Virus record (IMG/VR): IMGVR_UViG_3300028048_003180
Span: 1-64,000 of that record
Source: a virus
Taxonomy: Duplodnaviria > Caudoviricetes
Length of the DNA stretch: 64,000 nucleotides
Strand: one strand, 5' to 3'
Made by a program: the position numbers and the translations under genes. Under the pieces are notes generated by a model. It had not been told where the DNA came from. It ran no database searches and saw only the letters and a program-made list of their open reading frames with translations. Below are positions 25,871 through 36,053 of this stretch, piece by piece; within the stretch, counting starts at the first letter, position 1; every line of letters starts with the position of its first letter.

Positions 25871-27560
25871 TTTATTATCTAACCTCTCTATAAATGCAAA
25901 ATTGCCAAATGTTACTCGTGACCAATTTGAGACTTTAGAGGGGATGGTATCATTTTCAGAAAATTACCTCCCTGATATGTACGATTCCTTCTGTCTTGAA
26001 GATGGAAAAAAGTACCGTTTCAACCGTTCTAATCCTGTTGACCCTGTTTACGGCAAATGGAGGGAAATAACAGGTGGCGGTGGTGGCGACCTCTCTTCCT
26101 ACTACACAAAGACCGAGACCAATACCCTCCTTGACGGCAAGGTTGACGTGGAGGCAGGGAAAGGCCTTTCCTCCAATGACTTTACTGCAGAGGAGAAGAC
26201 AAAGCTCGCAGGACTTGAGAACTATGACGACACAGCACTTGACGCTAGGGTTGCCGCAAACAGGACTGACATCAACACCCTCAACGGCGGTGTGGAAATA
26301 ACGGGTTCGGTAGACAGGAAGGTGAACTCGTGCCTTACAGCAAGCAAGACATACACCGACACGAGCATACAGAACGCAATCAACCAGACTGCAATAGTCT
26401 GCGACGAGAAGCCGACCATAAGCGGAACCACCATAACGTACTACCAGGGCGGGGTCGAGAAAACCGTAACGTCAGACAACAAGACGAAGTTCTACTACAC
26501 CGCGTCCGGCACGAACTACTCGACGATATGGATTGAAGGGACTGAGTTTACGGACACGCTTGCGAGCGTAAACTTCTCGGACTATGTATCAAAGACCAAC
26601 GACGTGACATCAGAATACACGGGGTCAGACCCCGACAAGACGAAGGTTCCCGACATAGGGGCACTGGACGACCTCAAGGCTCTCATTGACGACGACCTTG
26701 ACGACAAGGTGGGGGTCGAGGACGTTGACTCAAGCGTTACTGCAGGAAGCAGCAACCCTGTGCAGTCATCTGCCCTTTACTCAAAATTTGCAGAAAAGGT
26801 GGACATTCAGCAGGGAACGCTCAATGAAGGGAAAGTCCTTAAAGTCAATAATGAAGGAAACCTTGTACTTGCAGACCCAAGCGCACTGGGCGGCGACGCT
26901 TCGGGCGTGAGCTACACTAATGCGGAGTTCGCAAGCCTTGACAACGTTAAGAAGGCCCTGGACAGCCTGTTTGCGAAGGTCTACTACGTTGAGCCTAAGA
27001 TTAACAGCTTCACCATGACACCAAGTACGGCTGAGTACGAGGTCGGCCAGACAGTCAGTGAGGTTTCTTTCGCATGGGCATACAACAAGGACGTTGTCTC
27101 ACAGACGCTCACGGACTGCACGCTTGCGGACAATACGGTAAGGACGGCGACATACTCAACACCAATCAGCTCAAACAAGACGTTCACGCTTACTGCAAGC
27201 GACGGTGAGAAGTCCGTTACGGCAAGCAAGAGCATTTCGTTCAAGCATAAGATTTACTGGGGAAGCAGTGCTACTACGGCAGACTTCACATCTGCCTTCA
27301 TACTGGGTCTGAGCGGGAAGAAGTTTGCAACAGGGTATAAGGGAAGCTACTCAATGACAGTCGGTTCGGGAGAGTACGGCTACCTCTGCTACCCAAGTTC
27401 ATGGGGTAACGTTTCAAGTTGGTGGATAGGTGGTTTCGAGGTCACGACGACAGACTGCGGAACAATATCGTTCACCAATGCAAGCGGAAACACCACTACA
27501 TTTAGAATAACAAGGACTTCAAAGCCAGGTTTGGGTTCTATAACCGCAGAAGTCAAATAA
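25860..27560 (+). CDS. Fibre / head-decoration-like protein
   Basis: GKGLSSNDFTAEEKTKLAGL fibre motif; C-terminal YWG...YLCYPSSWG domain. Confidence 0.65.
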   Translation: MAISLLSNLSINAKLPNVTRDQFETLEGMVSFSENYLPDMYDSFCLEDGKKYRFNRSNPVDPVYGKWREITGGGGGDLSSYYTKTETNTLLDGKVDVEAGKGLSSNDFTAEEKTKLAGLENYDDTALDARVAANRTDINTLNGGVEITGSVDRKVNSCLTASKTYTDTSIQNAINQTAIVCDEKPTISGTTITYYQGGVEKTVTSDNKTKFYYTASGTNYSTIWIEGTEFTDTLASVNFSDYVSKTNDVTSEYTGSDPDKTKVPDIGALDDLKALIDDDLDDKVGVEDVDSSVTAGSSNPVQSSALYSKFAEKVDIQQGTLNEGKVLKVNNEGNLVLADPSALGGDASGVSYTNAEFASLDNVKKALDSLFAKVYYVEPKINSFTMTPSTAEYEVGQTVSEVSFAWAYNKDVVSQTLTDCTLADNTVRTATYSTPISSNKTFTLTASDGEKSVTASKSISFKHKIYWGSSATTADFTSAFILGLSGKKFATGYKGSYSMTVGSGEYGYLCYPSSWGNVSSWWIGGFEVTTTDCGTISFTNASGNTTTFRITRTSKPGLGSITAEVK

Positions 27561-27581
27561 AGACAGAGAGGAGAAACGGAT

Positions 27582-28697
27582 ATGTCCATAAAATTAGCTG
27601 ATACGCTGGCTCCGATGGGAGACTTTCCCGCCGTAGAGTCAGACAATGTTGATATAACGATAGATGGAAGCCCAAAGTCTCTGCAGCAGGCTTATGAAGA
27701 CGGAGACTTGGGTGGTGGCGGTTCCTCCATACAGGTTGAGACAATGCCCGCGGCATCCGCTGAAAATGTCGGAAAGATAGTCCAGTATGTAGGTGAAACT
27801 GGTTCATATGAACACGGATGCTTCTATGAATGTAAGGATGAAAGCGGTAGTTATGTATGGAGATATATATCAACCGTTAAGAATGGAGTATTTTATACCA
27901 ACGATAATATAATCGATTCTACATTATATCCTGTTGGCTCAGTTGCTGTTTATACAGGTGAGCCACTTTGGGGATTGTTCAAAGGACACCACTACGAATA
28001 TGTGGAAGATACCACTTTGACAACCTATAAGTTCAATGGAACTAAGAATGGGGAAACTCTTTCATTCTTCCTAGCCAACAAGGAACTTGAAGTTGGTTCT
28101 GCATTGGTTAGAATTTCTGACGGATATATTGTATCTTATGTTTCAGCTGTAAATGGAACTACTATTACTGTTCAAGGCAGAACCTATACAGAAACTTTTA
28201 CTGATGTTGTAGAAACTGGTGAAACAGAAGAAGTAGCATCATATACAGGTTGGATTGACATTGGCGGTGGTGGAAGTGATGGTGGAGAAGAAGGAACCTC
28301 AATCTTCTATGGCACAATGGATGAATGGGATGCACTCTCAACTGATGCAAAGAAGCAGTATGACTACATGGCTGATGATAATGCTGGTGGTAGTTATATA
28401 GACACTTATTCTACAAATGAAGTAAAGACAAACAAAGTTTGGATTGATGACAAGCCAATTTACAGAATAGTAGTTACAGCTACAGCGGGTGCTGGTCCAT
28501 CTAGTTGGGGTTGGGCAATATCTCAGGCTGACTTCAATAGCATCGGAATTGACAATATTACATTTGCTGGAATAGTTGCTGACGGCTTGCAGTTTATGCC
28601 TGTAGGAGTCAATAAATCAAATGGATTCTTCCCAATGGTTGGTATGATTCTGACAGGGCAAAGAATTGTTCTTGAATACACCAAGACAACGGATTAA
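27582..28697 (+). CDS. Fibre-like protein
   Basis: YSTNEVKTNKVWIDDKPIYR...LEYTKTTD C-terminal domain. Confidence 0.65.
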   Translation: MSIKLADTLAPMGDFPAVESDNVDITIDGSPKSLQQAYEDGDLGGGGSSIQVETMPAASAENVGKIVQYVGETGSYEHGCFYECKDESGSYVWRYISTVKNGVFYTNDNIIDSTLYPVGSVAVYTGEPLWGLFKGHHYEYVEDTTLTTYKFNGTKNGETLSFFLANKELEVGSALVRISDGYIVSYVSAVNGTTITVQGRTYTETFTDVVETGETEEVASYTGWIDIGGGGSDGGEEGTSIFYGTMDEWDALSTDAKKQYDYMADDNAGGSYIDTYSTNEVKTNKVWIDDKPIYRIVVTATAGAGPSSWGWAISQADFNSIGIDNITFAGIVADGLQFMPVGVNKSNGFFPMVGMILTGQRIVLEYTKTTD

Positions 28698-28710
28698 GGA
28701 GGACTAGATT

Positions 28711-29766
28711 ATGGCTTTATACAAAGTAGATTCAGATACAGCAGATTTGACTAAGGTGGCAGGGGGAACTCTCTATGCCGACTTGCCAATTGGTTCTTGG
28801 ATAAAGAATGATATGGCAACGATTCCTTCTGGATTCTTGAAAGAAGGAGATACAATCTCTCAGAGTGAATATCCAGAGTTGTATGCAAAATACGGCTCTA
28901 CTGTTCCATATAAAGCAGATACAAGTGAATTGAGTGGGTGGGAAACAAGCGACTTCACAAACAACACAGATAAGATAATGCCTTATGATGGTGTTGGTAT
29001 GGTATCTAACGGTAATGACACAGAGGTCACTATTACAGTTAATAAGGTTGTAATTGGAAGAGATTCTGGTAGGTCTACTTATTCTAATTCTAGTATGTTT
29101 TTTCAATTCAAAAAGAATGATGTAATAAAATTTAGTGTTATAAACGGGAATATAACTAACCAAAAAGTTGCATACTACAAAAAATCGCTTATAGTTAAAG
29201 CAAAACACACACCTGTTCCTGCTGACTTTTTAGATGCGGTAGACGATATTATTAAAGATACTACTGTAGATGCAGTTACTAATGGAGATATGAATCCTAT
29301 TACAAGTAACGCAGTATATGATGAATTTAAAAGAGTGCAATCTCAAACTTATGAATGTTCTGGTTATCTAATTAACAGTATTGCAGGCGAGATTGAGGGA
29401 TACGGACGTGCAACAGTAACTTTAAAAGATGGAGTAGCTGAAATAAAATTTTCAGCTAGAATACATACAAATACTATGTCGTCTACGTTTAGATGGGGAT
29501 TAAATAGAGATTTATTACGTACTTTATTACCTAATTTACCAAATATAACTCCGATAGGCAATTATTCTAATTTACAGTTTTTCGCTGGAACTGGTGCTGT
29601 TTTAGTTGACCTTATGGGTTATGGTGCTATGGCTTCAGCTGACAACCAATTTTGGGTACCAGCAAGAATGTATCAAATAAATGGAAGCACTGGTGTTTGG
29701 GGTTCTGACCAATTTCCAACTAATTCCTATATTACAGGTACTGTATACGGAATATATACAGCATAA
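28711..29766 (+). CDS. Fibre-like protein with tail-collar-like N-terminus
   Basis: PIGSW...IPSGFL...YPELYA; AT-rich variable C-terminus. Confidence 0.6.
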   Translation: MALYKVDSDTADLTKVAGGTLYADLPIGSWIKNDMATIPSGFLKEGDTISQSEYPELYAKYGSTVPYKADTSELSGWETSDFTNNTDKIMPYDGVGMVSNGNDTEVTITVNKVVIGRDSGRSTYSNSSMFFQFKKNDVIKFSVINGNITNQKVAYYKKSLIVKAKHTPVPADFLDAVDDIIKDTTVDAVTNGDMNPITSNAVYDEFKRVQSQTYECSGYLINSIAGEIEGYGRATVTLKDGVAEIKFSARIHTNTMSSTFRWGLNRDLLRTLLPNLPNITPIGNYSNLQFFAGTGAVLVDLMGYGAMASADNQFWVPARMYQINGSTGVWGSDQFPTNSYITGTVYGIYTA

Positions 29767-29809
29767 TTAAAAGGACTTTTGCTATACAACGACAACTATG
29801 ACTGATATT

Positions 29810-29835
29810 AAGGCACGGTGAAAAAGCCGTGCCTT
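29810..29835 (+). terminator. Terminator hairpin whose T-tail is displaced by IS copy 3
   Basis: AAGGCACGG/CCGTGCCTT. Confidence 0.55.
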
Positions 29836-31189
29836 TAGGTAGGGGATGAATCGCCTGTGGTTAAATTAGATTATTAAGGAGTTAAGTTATAACGATGAAG
29901 AATCTGGCGTTGAAAGTGAGAATATATCCGACTCAGGAACAGTCAGTCTTAATCAACAAGACTTTGGGCTGTTGTCGTCAGGTATACAATATAATGCTCG
30001 CCTCACGCTTAGACTTCTACGACAGGAATATAAAGGACAGAGAGCTTACCAGGCAGGAGAAAACTGCAATCTACAAGTCATACAAAGCGCCTACAGAAAA
30101 AGAGCTGAAACAGCAGTATGAGTACATGAAAGAGGTAAGTGCGGTTGCATTGCAGCAGTCTAGGCGTGACCAAGAAGGCGCATTTCAAAAATACTTCAAA
30201 GGCCTTGCAAAGTTTCCAAAGTTCCACTCAAAAAAACAGAAGAACTCTTACCGTGAAGTAAATGTAAATAACAACTGCAAGTTCTTTTGGAACGCAAGAA
30301 GAATAACTCTTCCAAAAATTGGTGAGGTAAGGTTCAGGAATAGGGAACTTCCTAAGTGGCTCAGCGAAGATGATAAGGTCTGCAACATAACTGTAAGCAA
30401 GAATCCCAGCGGCCAGTATTACGCGAGCATACTTTTTGAGGTGGCAGAGCAGCCTAAGCTTAAAAGCGAAAACCAAGCAGTAGGCTTAGACTTCTCTCCA
30501 TCTGATATGTATGTTTCGTCATGCGGAACGACCGGAAAGGATTTTGGATATATACCGCAGAAGCAGGCACACCTTAAACAGCTTAGGAAGCTGGAAAGGC
30601 GGCTTGCAAGAAAGCAGAAAGGCTCAGAAAACCGTGAGAAGGCAAGGATTAAGGTCGCAAAGATGGAGCAGCATATAGCCGACTCAAGGAAAGACTGGAT
30701 TGAGAAAGAATCTCTCAGGCTTGTCAGAAACTGCAATGTCATAGGCATTGAGGATTTGACTATAAGGGGTCTTTTGAGGGCAAGCAGGAACGCAAGAAAC
30801 TATGTTGACACTTCGTGGGGAATGTTTACAACGAGGCTTGAGGAAAAAGCAAAGCGTTACGGTTGTTTCGTTGTGAAGTCCGACAGATTCTTTCCGAGTT
30901 CCAAACTCTGTCATATCTGCGGGTATAAAAAGACGGACTTGACGCTTTCAATGCGCCACTGGACATGCCCTGTATGTCATACAGAGCATAACCGTGACTT
31001 GAATGCGGCAATCAACCTGAAGAATAACGCGATTAAGATACTCAGGGAAGCTGAGGAATTTAGGTCTGCGGAGGGCGTGGAAGGATTGGTCAAACAAGCT
31101 TTGGCTGAGTCTGGAGCGTCCGTTGAAACAGAAAGAGAAGTTTCGTGAGAACTCTCAGAATCCCCCTGCTTCAGCTGGGGGTACTTCAA
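29832..31189 (+). mobile_element. IS200/IS605-family tnpB-only element, copy 3 (left end truncated)
   Basis: Near-identical to copy 2 from CCTTTAGG onward; same right end ...GTACTTCAA. Confidence 0.85.
29895..31148 (+). CDS. tnpB: TnpB RNA-guided endonuclease
   Basis: Close paralog of 13286-14527; RuvC D/E/D intact. Confidence 0.95.
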   Translation: MKNLALKVRIYPTQEQSVLINKTLGCCRQVYNIMLASRLDFYDRNIKDRELTRQEKTAIYKSYKAPTEKELKQQYEYMKEVSAVALQQSRRDQEGAFQKYFKGLAKFPKFHSKKQKNSYREVNVNNNCKFFWNARRITLPKIGEVRFRNRELPKWLSEDDKVCNITVSKNPSGQYYASILFEVAEQPKLKSENQAVGLDFSPSDMYVSSCGTTGKDFGYIPQKQAHLKQLRKLERRLARKQKGSENREKARIKVAKMEQHIADSRKDWIEKESLRLVRNCNVIGIEDLTIRGLLRASRNARNYVDTSWGMFTTRLEEKAKRYGCFVVKSDRFFPSSKLCHICGYKKTDLTLSMRHWTCPVCHTEHNRDLNAAINLKNNAIKILREAEEFRSAEGVEGLVKQALAESGASVETEREVS

Positions 31190-31211
31190 TTTAAATTTCT
31201 TTGCGCATTTT

Positions 31212-31240
31212 TTGCTAAAAAAAAATTCACTTCATAAGAT
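31212..31240 (+). promoter_or_regulatory. A-tract promoter of the capsid operon
   Basis: TTGCTA-17-TAAGAT, A9 run. Confidence 0.6.
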
Positions 31241-31309
31241 TGCTCTAAGGCTGGGGAAACTGTACGCAGGCGCGTAAGCCCGGCCACTTAACAATGCAGG
31301 AGCATAAAC

Positions 31310-32104
31310 ATGATTACAGTGGAAGAATTTCTCAAGACCGTAGCAGGCGATACGGAAGAACCTACTGAAACACAGAGGAAGCTGGCACAGAGTCTTTTTG
31401 ACATGTATGACAAGGACGTACAGGGCCTCAAGGTCACTAACGCCCAGCTCAAGGAAGAAAAGACTAAGGAAGTGGAGAAGTACAGGGCTGAAAAGGCAAA
31501 GCTGGAGGAAGCTTCAAAATCCTTCGAGGAGCAGCTCAAGGCTGCCCAGGAACAGATTGCGAAGAACAACCCGGACGATGCAAAGCAGTATTACAACACG
31601 CAACTTGCCAACGTCGAAGCAAGCTACAAGGCACAGATTGCCGAAAGGGACAAGGCTCTCAGTGAGAAGCTGGAACTCATTAAGCAGTATGAGCGCAAGG
31701 ACTTGCTCCGCTCTCAGGAAGTGGAGTTCGACAGGGAAATCAGGAAGACTTCGGCTGACCCAAAGACCTACGACTGGATAAAGACGTTGGTTCTCGGCGA
31801 AAACGGAGACCGCTTCATGCCACATGAAACAAGCGAAGGAACTATGTTCTGGGCTACTGACAACAGTGGCGAGACCATATCCAACCGCATAGACAAAATT
31901 CTGAACTCGGACGCAGGAAAAAGATTCTGTACGTTCAACTCTTCTGGAGCCGGAGCGGAAGGCGGCACAAAGAGCGGGCTTGCAGGGCCTAACCCGTTCA
32001 AGACAGGGGACATTACGGCCCAGATGGAACTCTACCGTAAGGACCCTGAAAAATACAGGCAGATGGAGGCAGTTGCTAATATGGCAACAGCTGCAAATGC
32101 CTAA
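31310..32104 (+). CDS. Head scaffolding protein
   Basis: Coiled coil, SSGAGAEGG linker, NPF...QMELYRKDPEKY end; precedes capsid gene. Confidence 0.8.
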   Translation: MITVEEFLKTVAGDTEEPTETQRKLAQSLFDMYDKDVQGLKVTNAQLKEEKTKEVEKYRAEKAKLEEASKSFEEQLKAAQEQIAKNNPDDAKQYYNTQLANVEASYKAQIAERDKALSEKLELIKQYERKDLLRSQEVEFDREIRKTSADPKTYDWIKTLVLGENGDRFMPHETSEGTMFWATDNSGETISNRIDKILNSDAGKRFCTFNSSGAGAEGGTKSGLAGPNPFKTGDITAQMELYRKDPEKYRQMEAVANMATAANA

Positions 32105-32122
32105 CAAAAGGAGACTTAACCT

Positions 32123-33061
32123 ATGGCTTATACAAAAATCAGCGACCTTATCGTACCAGAGATTTTCACCAAGTACATGATTCAGGAAAGCGTTGACAAG
32201 AACGCTTTCATCAAGTCTGGCATTGCGGCTCCCGACCCTGCAGTAAACATTACTGCTGGCGGTACAACCGTAAACGTGCCGTTCTTTGAATCTCTTGACG
32301 CTGAAGATGAAATCATCACCGAAGACGGAGCAACAACTATTAACAGCATCAGTGCTGCAAAGGACGTTGCTGCTGTACTCGCACGTACAGTAGGCTTCGG
32401 TGCAACAGACCTTTCACGCCTGTTCTCTGGAGCAGACCCGATGAAGGCAATTATTGCCCAGCTCGGAAACCTTTGGGCAAAACGCTTCACAGAGGTAATC
32501 AAGAATGTCCTCAAGGGTATCTTTGGCGTTGCAGCATTGTCAGACAACGTTCTTGACAACTCTACACATGACCTCAGCGCAGGCGTAATGACAGACGCAA
32601 TGTACCTTCTTGGCGACAACTCTGAAAAGGTTTCTGCCATCGCAATGCACTCCAAGGTACTTGCAAAGCTCAAGAAGCTTGACATCCTTGACCGCAACAC
32701 GTTCATGCCGTCTGCAATGCCCACTGACTATCAGACATACATGGGCCGCCGCGTAATCGTTGACGACACACTCGCCGCAACAAGTGACGTGTACCCAATC
32801 TACCTCTTCGGTAACGGTGCTATCGCATTCAATGAAAACCCTGAGCTTGCAACAGTTGAAACTGACCGCGACATAGTTGAACACAAGGATGTACTCGTAA
32901 CAAACCGCGTATTCACAATGCATCCTCGCGGAGTCAAGTGGATTGGCACAGCAGCAGGCGAAACACCTGTCAATGCAGAACTTGCAACATCTACAAACTG
33001 GGAACTCGTAGAGAACCCGAAGAACGTCAAGATTGCATGTGTCAAGACACTTATATCTTAA
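32123..33061 (+). CDS. Major capsid protein
   Basis: TKISDLIVPEIF, GGTTVNVPFF, YMGRRVIVDD, MHPRGVKW. Confidence 0.9.
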   Translation: MAYTKISDLIVPEIFTKYMIQESVDKNAFIKSGIAAPDPAVNITAGGTTVNVPFFESLDAEDEIITEDGATTINSISAAKDVAAVLARTVGFGATDLSRLFSGADPMKAIIAQLGNLWAKRFTEVIKNVLKGIFGVAALSDNVLDNSTHDLSAGVMTDAMYLLGDNSEKVSAIAMHSKVLAKLKKLDILDRNTFMPSAMPTDYQTYMGRRVIVDDTLAATSDVYPIYLFGNGAIAFNENPELATVETDRDIVEHKDVLVTNRVFTMHPRGVKWIGTAAGETPVNAELATSTNWELVENPKNVKIACVKTLIS

Positions 33062-33070
33062 GGAGACCTT

Positions 33071-33322
33071 ATGGGACTGACCGCTTTTAATGCCATGCGG
33101 AGACGCAAGGCTGCAAAGGCGGCAGAGCTTAAGAAACAGGCTGAACCTGCAAAGAAGGCTGACCCTGAAAAACAGGAACTGCCTTCCAAGCAGGAGCAGG
33201 CTGCAAAGGAAAGCGCTGCCGTGAAGGAAGAAAAGGCTGAGTCTGAAAAGAAGGAGCAGCCCTCACAGAAGAACAACAAGAAGCAGGCTCCAAAAGAACC
33301 TGCTGAACAGCCGGAAGGCTAA
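33071..33322 (+). CDS. Lys/Glu-rich small protein
   Basis: MGLTAFNAMRR; RBS AAGGAG. Confidence 0.7.
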   Translation: MGLTAFNAMRRRKAAKAAELKKQAEPAKKADPEKQELPSKQEQAAKESAAVKEEKAESEKKEQPSQKNNKKQAPKEPAEQPEG

Positions 33323-33333
33323 GGCAAAGGACT

Positions 33334-33915
33334 ATGGCGGAAGTAGAGACAAAGACATCAACGTTCAACATTGACCTGATAGTTGAGGACGGCAGGGGTG
33401 TACCCAACGCCAACTCCTATGTCTCTACGGAGTACGCCGACGCCTTCGCGAAGAACCGGAATTACGACACCTGGCTCACGCAGTCCAACTACGTGAAGCG
33501 GGCTGCCGTAATAAAGGCGATGGATTATGTTGACAACATATTCAACTGGAAGGGAAGGAAGAAGTACCGCGACCAGCCCCTGTGCTTCCCCCGCGTTGAC
33601 ATAATCGACGGTGACGGGTTCGACCGTTCAGGTGAGATTCCTGAAGGACTGAAGAAGGCAGTCTGCGAGGCGGCCTTCTATGTGGTTGACCAGTACACCC
33701 TTTTCGGGAAGCAGGACCCGAACGGCCCTCTTGCCAAGGAAAGGAAGAAGGCTGACGTTGCGGAAATAGAGATTGAAAGGAAGTTCTTCACTAAGGATGA
33801 GGTTCAGCTTGACTACACAAGTGCGTTCCAGGCTTTGGACAGGTTCCTCAAGGGACTTTACTGGGACGCAAACGACAAGGCCTGTGTGAACCATAGGGCC
33901 GTCTGGAGCAACTGA
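33334..33915 (+). CDS. Head-tail adaptor (DnaT_2-like family)
   Basis: LIVEDGRGVPNANSYVS...QPLCFPR. Confidence 0.8.
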   Translation: MAEVETKTSTFNIDLIVEDGRGVPNANSYVSTEYADAFAKNRNYDTWLTQSNYVKRAAVIKAMDYVDNIFNWKGRKKYRDQPLCFPRVDIIDGDGFDRSGEIPEGLKKAVCEAAFYVVDQYTLFGKQDPNGPLAKERKKADVAEIEIERKFFTKDEVQLDYTSAFQALDRFLKGLYWDANDKACVNHRAVWSN

Positions 33916-34313
33916 TGGCAACTGACTGGAAGAAATTTGCAGATGACATAAGGAAGGGTGTTCTTGAGGAGCTCGGCGGGAAGCGCGGCAACATTACCGT
34001 GTCCGTTCCTGACGGATCATCCACCCGCTCAAAGACGGGCAAGAAGATTCCTGCAACAGTGACGCTCTACAAGGGTACTGCCGTAATGGGCAAGTACAAC
34101 TCTGAGTTCCCCTCCACTACTGAAACAATCATACAGGCTGGCGACGTAAAGTTCGTCGCACAGTTTGAAGACCCGTCTTTCATGCCCTCTGAAAAGAAGG
34201 ACGAGACGATAACGTTCGGCGGGGTAAGCTACAAGATAATTAACGTCGGGCAGGTGGCTCCTGACGGCGTGACCAACGTTGTGTTCGTGATACAGGCACG
34301 AAGGGTCAACTAA
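33915..34313 (+). CDS. Head-closure / neck protein
   Basis: Position; IQAGDVK...YKIINV...PDG. Confidence 0.65.
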   Translation: MATDWKKFADDIRKGVLEELGGKRGNITVSVPDGSSTRSKTGKKIPATVTLYKGTAVMGKYNSEFPSTTETIIQAGDVKFVAQFEDPSFMPSEKKDETITFGGVSYKIINVGQVAPDGVTNVVFVIQARRVN

Positions 34314-36049
34314 TGGCCTCAAGAAACAAAGTTGTAAATCGCTTAAGAAAACAGGCAAGCATAAAAGTCAACGTCAACATGACGCCTGAAATGCAGGGGT
34401 TGCTCAAGGGAAAGCTTCCGGGCAAAGGGAAGGAAAGCCCTGTCTCGAAGGCTGTTGAGCAGGGCATGGCAGAGGCCGTCAAGAAGTCGAACGTTGCGAA
34501 GCTTGCAAGCAATGCAGTCAACAAGGCGATAAGGGACATAGTTAAAAAGGGTTCAAGGAAAAGAAGCGGTGAGTCCACCCCTAAAGGCCCGCTCGTAACG
34601 ACAAAGCACATAGACTGGAAGAAATCAAAGAAGGCTTCAGGCCCTGTCTCTGCAACAATGAACCTTGGGGTTACTTCAAGCAAGGCAAAGGACAGGGTGT
34701 GGGCGGCCGCAAAGCTCTTTTATCAGATCGTTGCGAACACCCCATTGGATGAAGACTATGAATATACAAGGCAGCCCAAGAAGAAATCGTCAAAGGAAAT
34801 CAGGGAAAAGAAGGCGTTCAAGTTTGTAAGAGGTGAAGACGGGCTTATGAAGGTTGTCCCTGTTGATGTGGTCAAGCCAGCTTACAAGGCATTCCATAAG
34901 GCGGATGAGCATGTCACTAGGAACAACTGGATTCTCAAGTTGACTACAACAAGGGGAATGACTGAGTTCAAGTCAGGCTCACTCGGAATAAACTTTGACC
35001 AGCCTTCGGATTCTGGATGGACTGCCGTTGCTGACCAGATAAGGGCCGTTACAGGACGCTACAAGCCTACGGACGTTGAGATTGTGAACAACGACCCCTA
35101 CATAGACGTGCTTGAATACGGACGGTACAACTCCACTTCAACAGAAAAGCATCAGGGTGCAATGTACCAGCACGGTACGGTAGGCGGATATTCTGTCCAG
35201 GCCCCAAGGGGAATAATGCGCGTCGCTGCGAGCCAGCTCAACAACCTCCAGCTTGACGCGGACAGGGACAACAAGGGCGTAATCTCTGACAGTATGCTCA
35301 GTGCGATTCCGAAGGTGACGCTCAAGCTCAATTCTGACAACCTTGCTGACTATGCTCCTGTAGATGAAGTTGTGAAGAATGCCGCAAGGACTGCGGAAGA
35401 GAACGGGGAGTTCATCTCCGAACGCCAGATGGGTGAAATCTTTATGAGCGACAAGCCTACCGTAGACGTAGTGATAAAGAAAAGTGAAAAGGCGGCAAAG
35501 GCTTCAAACAGGTACAGGTTCAAGAAGCAAACAAATACGGACAAAGTGGCTGAGGCTTTATTCAAGGAAGTTCAAAAAGTTTCAAAAGTCATATCAAGAC
35601 GGGAACGCGCAGAAAACCGTGCGCTAAAGGAGATTTGGAGTGATCAGATGACAGCTGTAAGAGCAGCGGGAAAATTGGAATCAGGATTGGATAAAGAGAT
35701 TGAAAATGAGTTGAAGATAATCCTGAAAAGTCAAAAAACAAGCGTGTCAAAGGCTGTTAAAGAGAAGAAGCCACCAAAGCCAGCGGAGACAAATGTAATA
35801 AAAGAAAATTACTACCTGTTTGAAATACCCAACAAAGACTTTGCAATCATTGTTGAAGACAACGGAGAAATGTACAGATACGCACTGGATGATGCGAAGT
35901 ACGCAAGCTACGGCAAGAAAGAAGACTTCAAGAAGAACATCAAGTTTATGAAAGATGAAGTCTTCCTGAAGGCATTGAAAGGAATGCTTACAGAAGAAGA
36001 GCTTTACTCTGCTGATGAAGAATCCCTTATCAAACTTACGGAGGATTAA
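34313..36049 (+). CDS. Extended neck / tail-completion protein
   Basis: TPLD, NNDPYIDVLEYG, YSVQAPRGIMR core with long basic extensions. Confidence 0.6.
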   Translation: MASRNKVVNRLRKQASIKVNVNMTPEMQGLLKGKLPGKGKESPVSKAVEQGMAEAVKKSNVAKLASNAVNKAIRDIVKKGSRKRSGESTPKGPLVTTKHIDWKKSKKASGPVSATMNLGVTSSKAKDRVWAAAKLFYQIVANTPLDEDYEYTRQPKKKSSKEIREKKAFKFVRGEDGLMKVVPVDVVKPAYKAFHKADEHVTRNNWILKLTTTRGMTEFKSGSLGINFDQPSDSGWTAVADQIRAVTGRYKPTDVEIVNNDPYIDVLEYGRYNSTSTEKHQGAMYQHGTVGGYSVQAPRGIMRVAASQLNNLQLDADRDNKGVISDSMLSAIPKVTLKLNSDNLADYAPVDEVVKNAARTAEENGEFISERQMGEIFMSDKPTVDVVIKKSEKAAKASNRYRFKKQTNTDKVAEALFKEVQKVSKVISRRERAENRALKEIWSDQMTAVRAAGKLESGLDKEIENELKIILKSQKTSVSKAVKEKKPPKPAETNVIKENYYLFEIPNKDFAIIVEDNGEMYRYALDDAKYASYGKKEDFKKNIKFMKDEVFLKALKGMLTEEELYSADEESLIKLTED

Positions 36050-36053
36050 CCAA

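Noticed and set aside
7078-31189. TnpA transposase or catalytically dead TnpB (TldR)
   Set aside because: No HUH or serine-recombinase gene seen; all three TnpBs keep D/E/D RuvC residues
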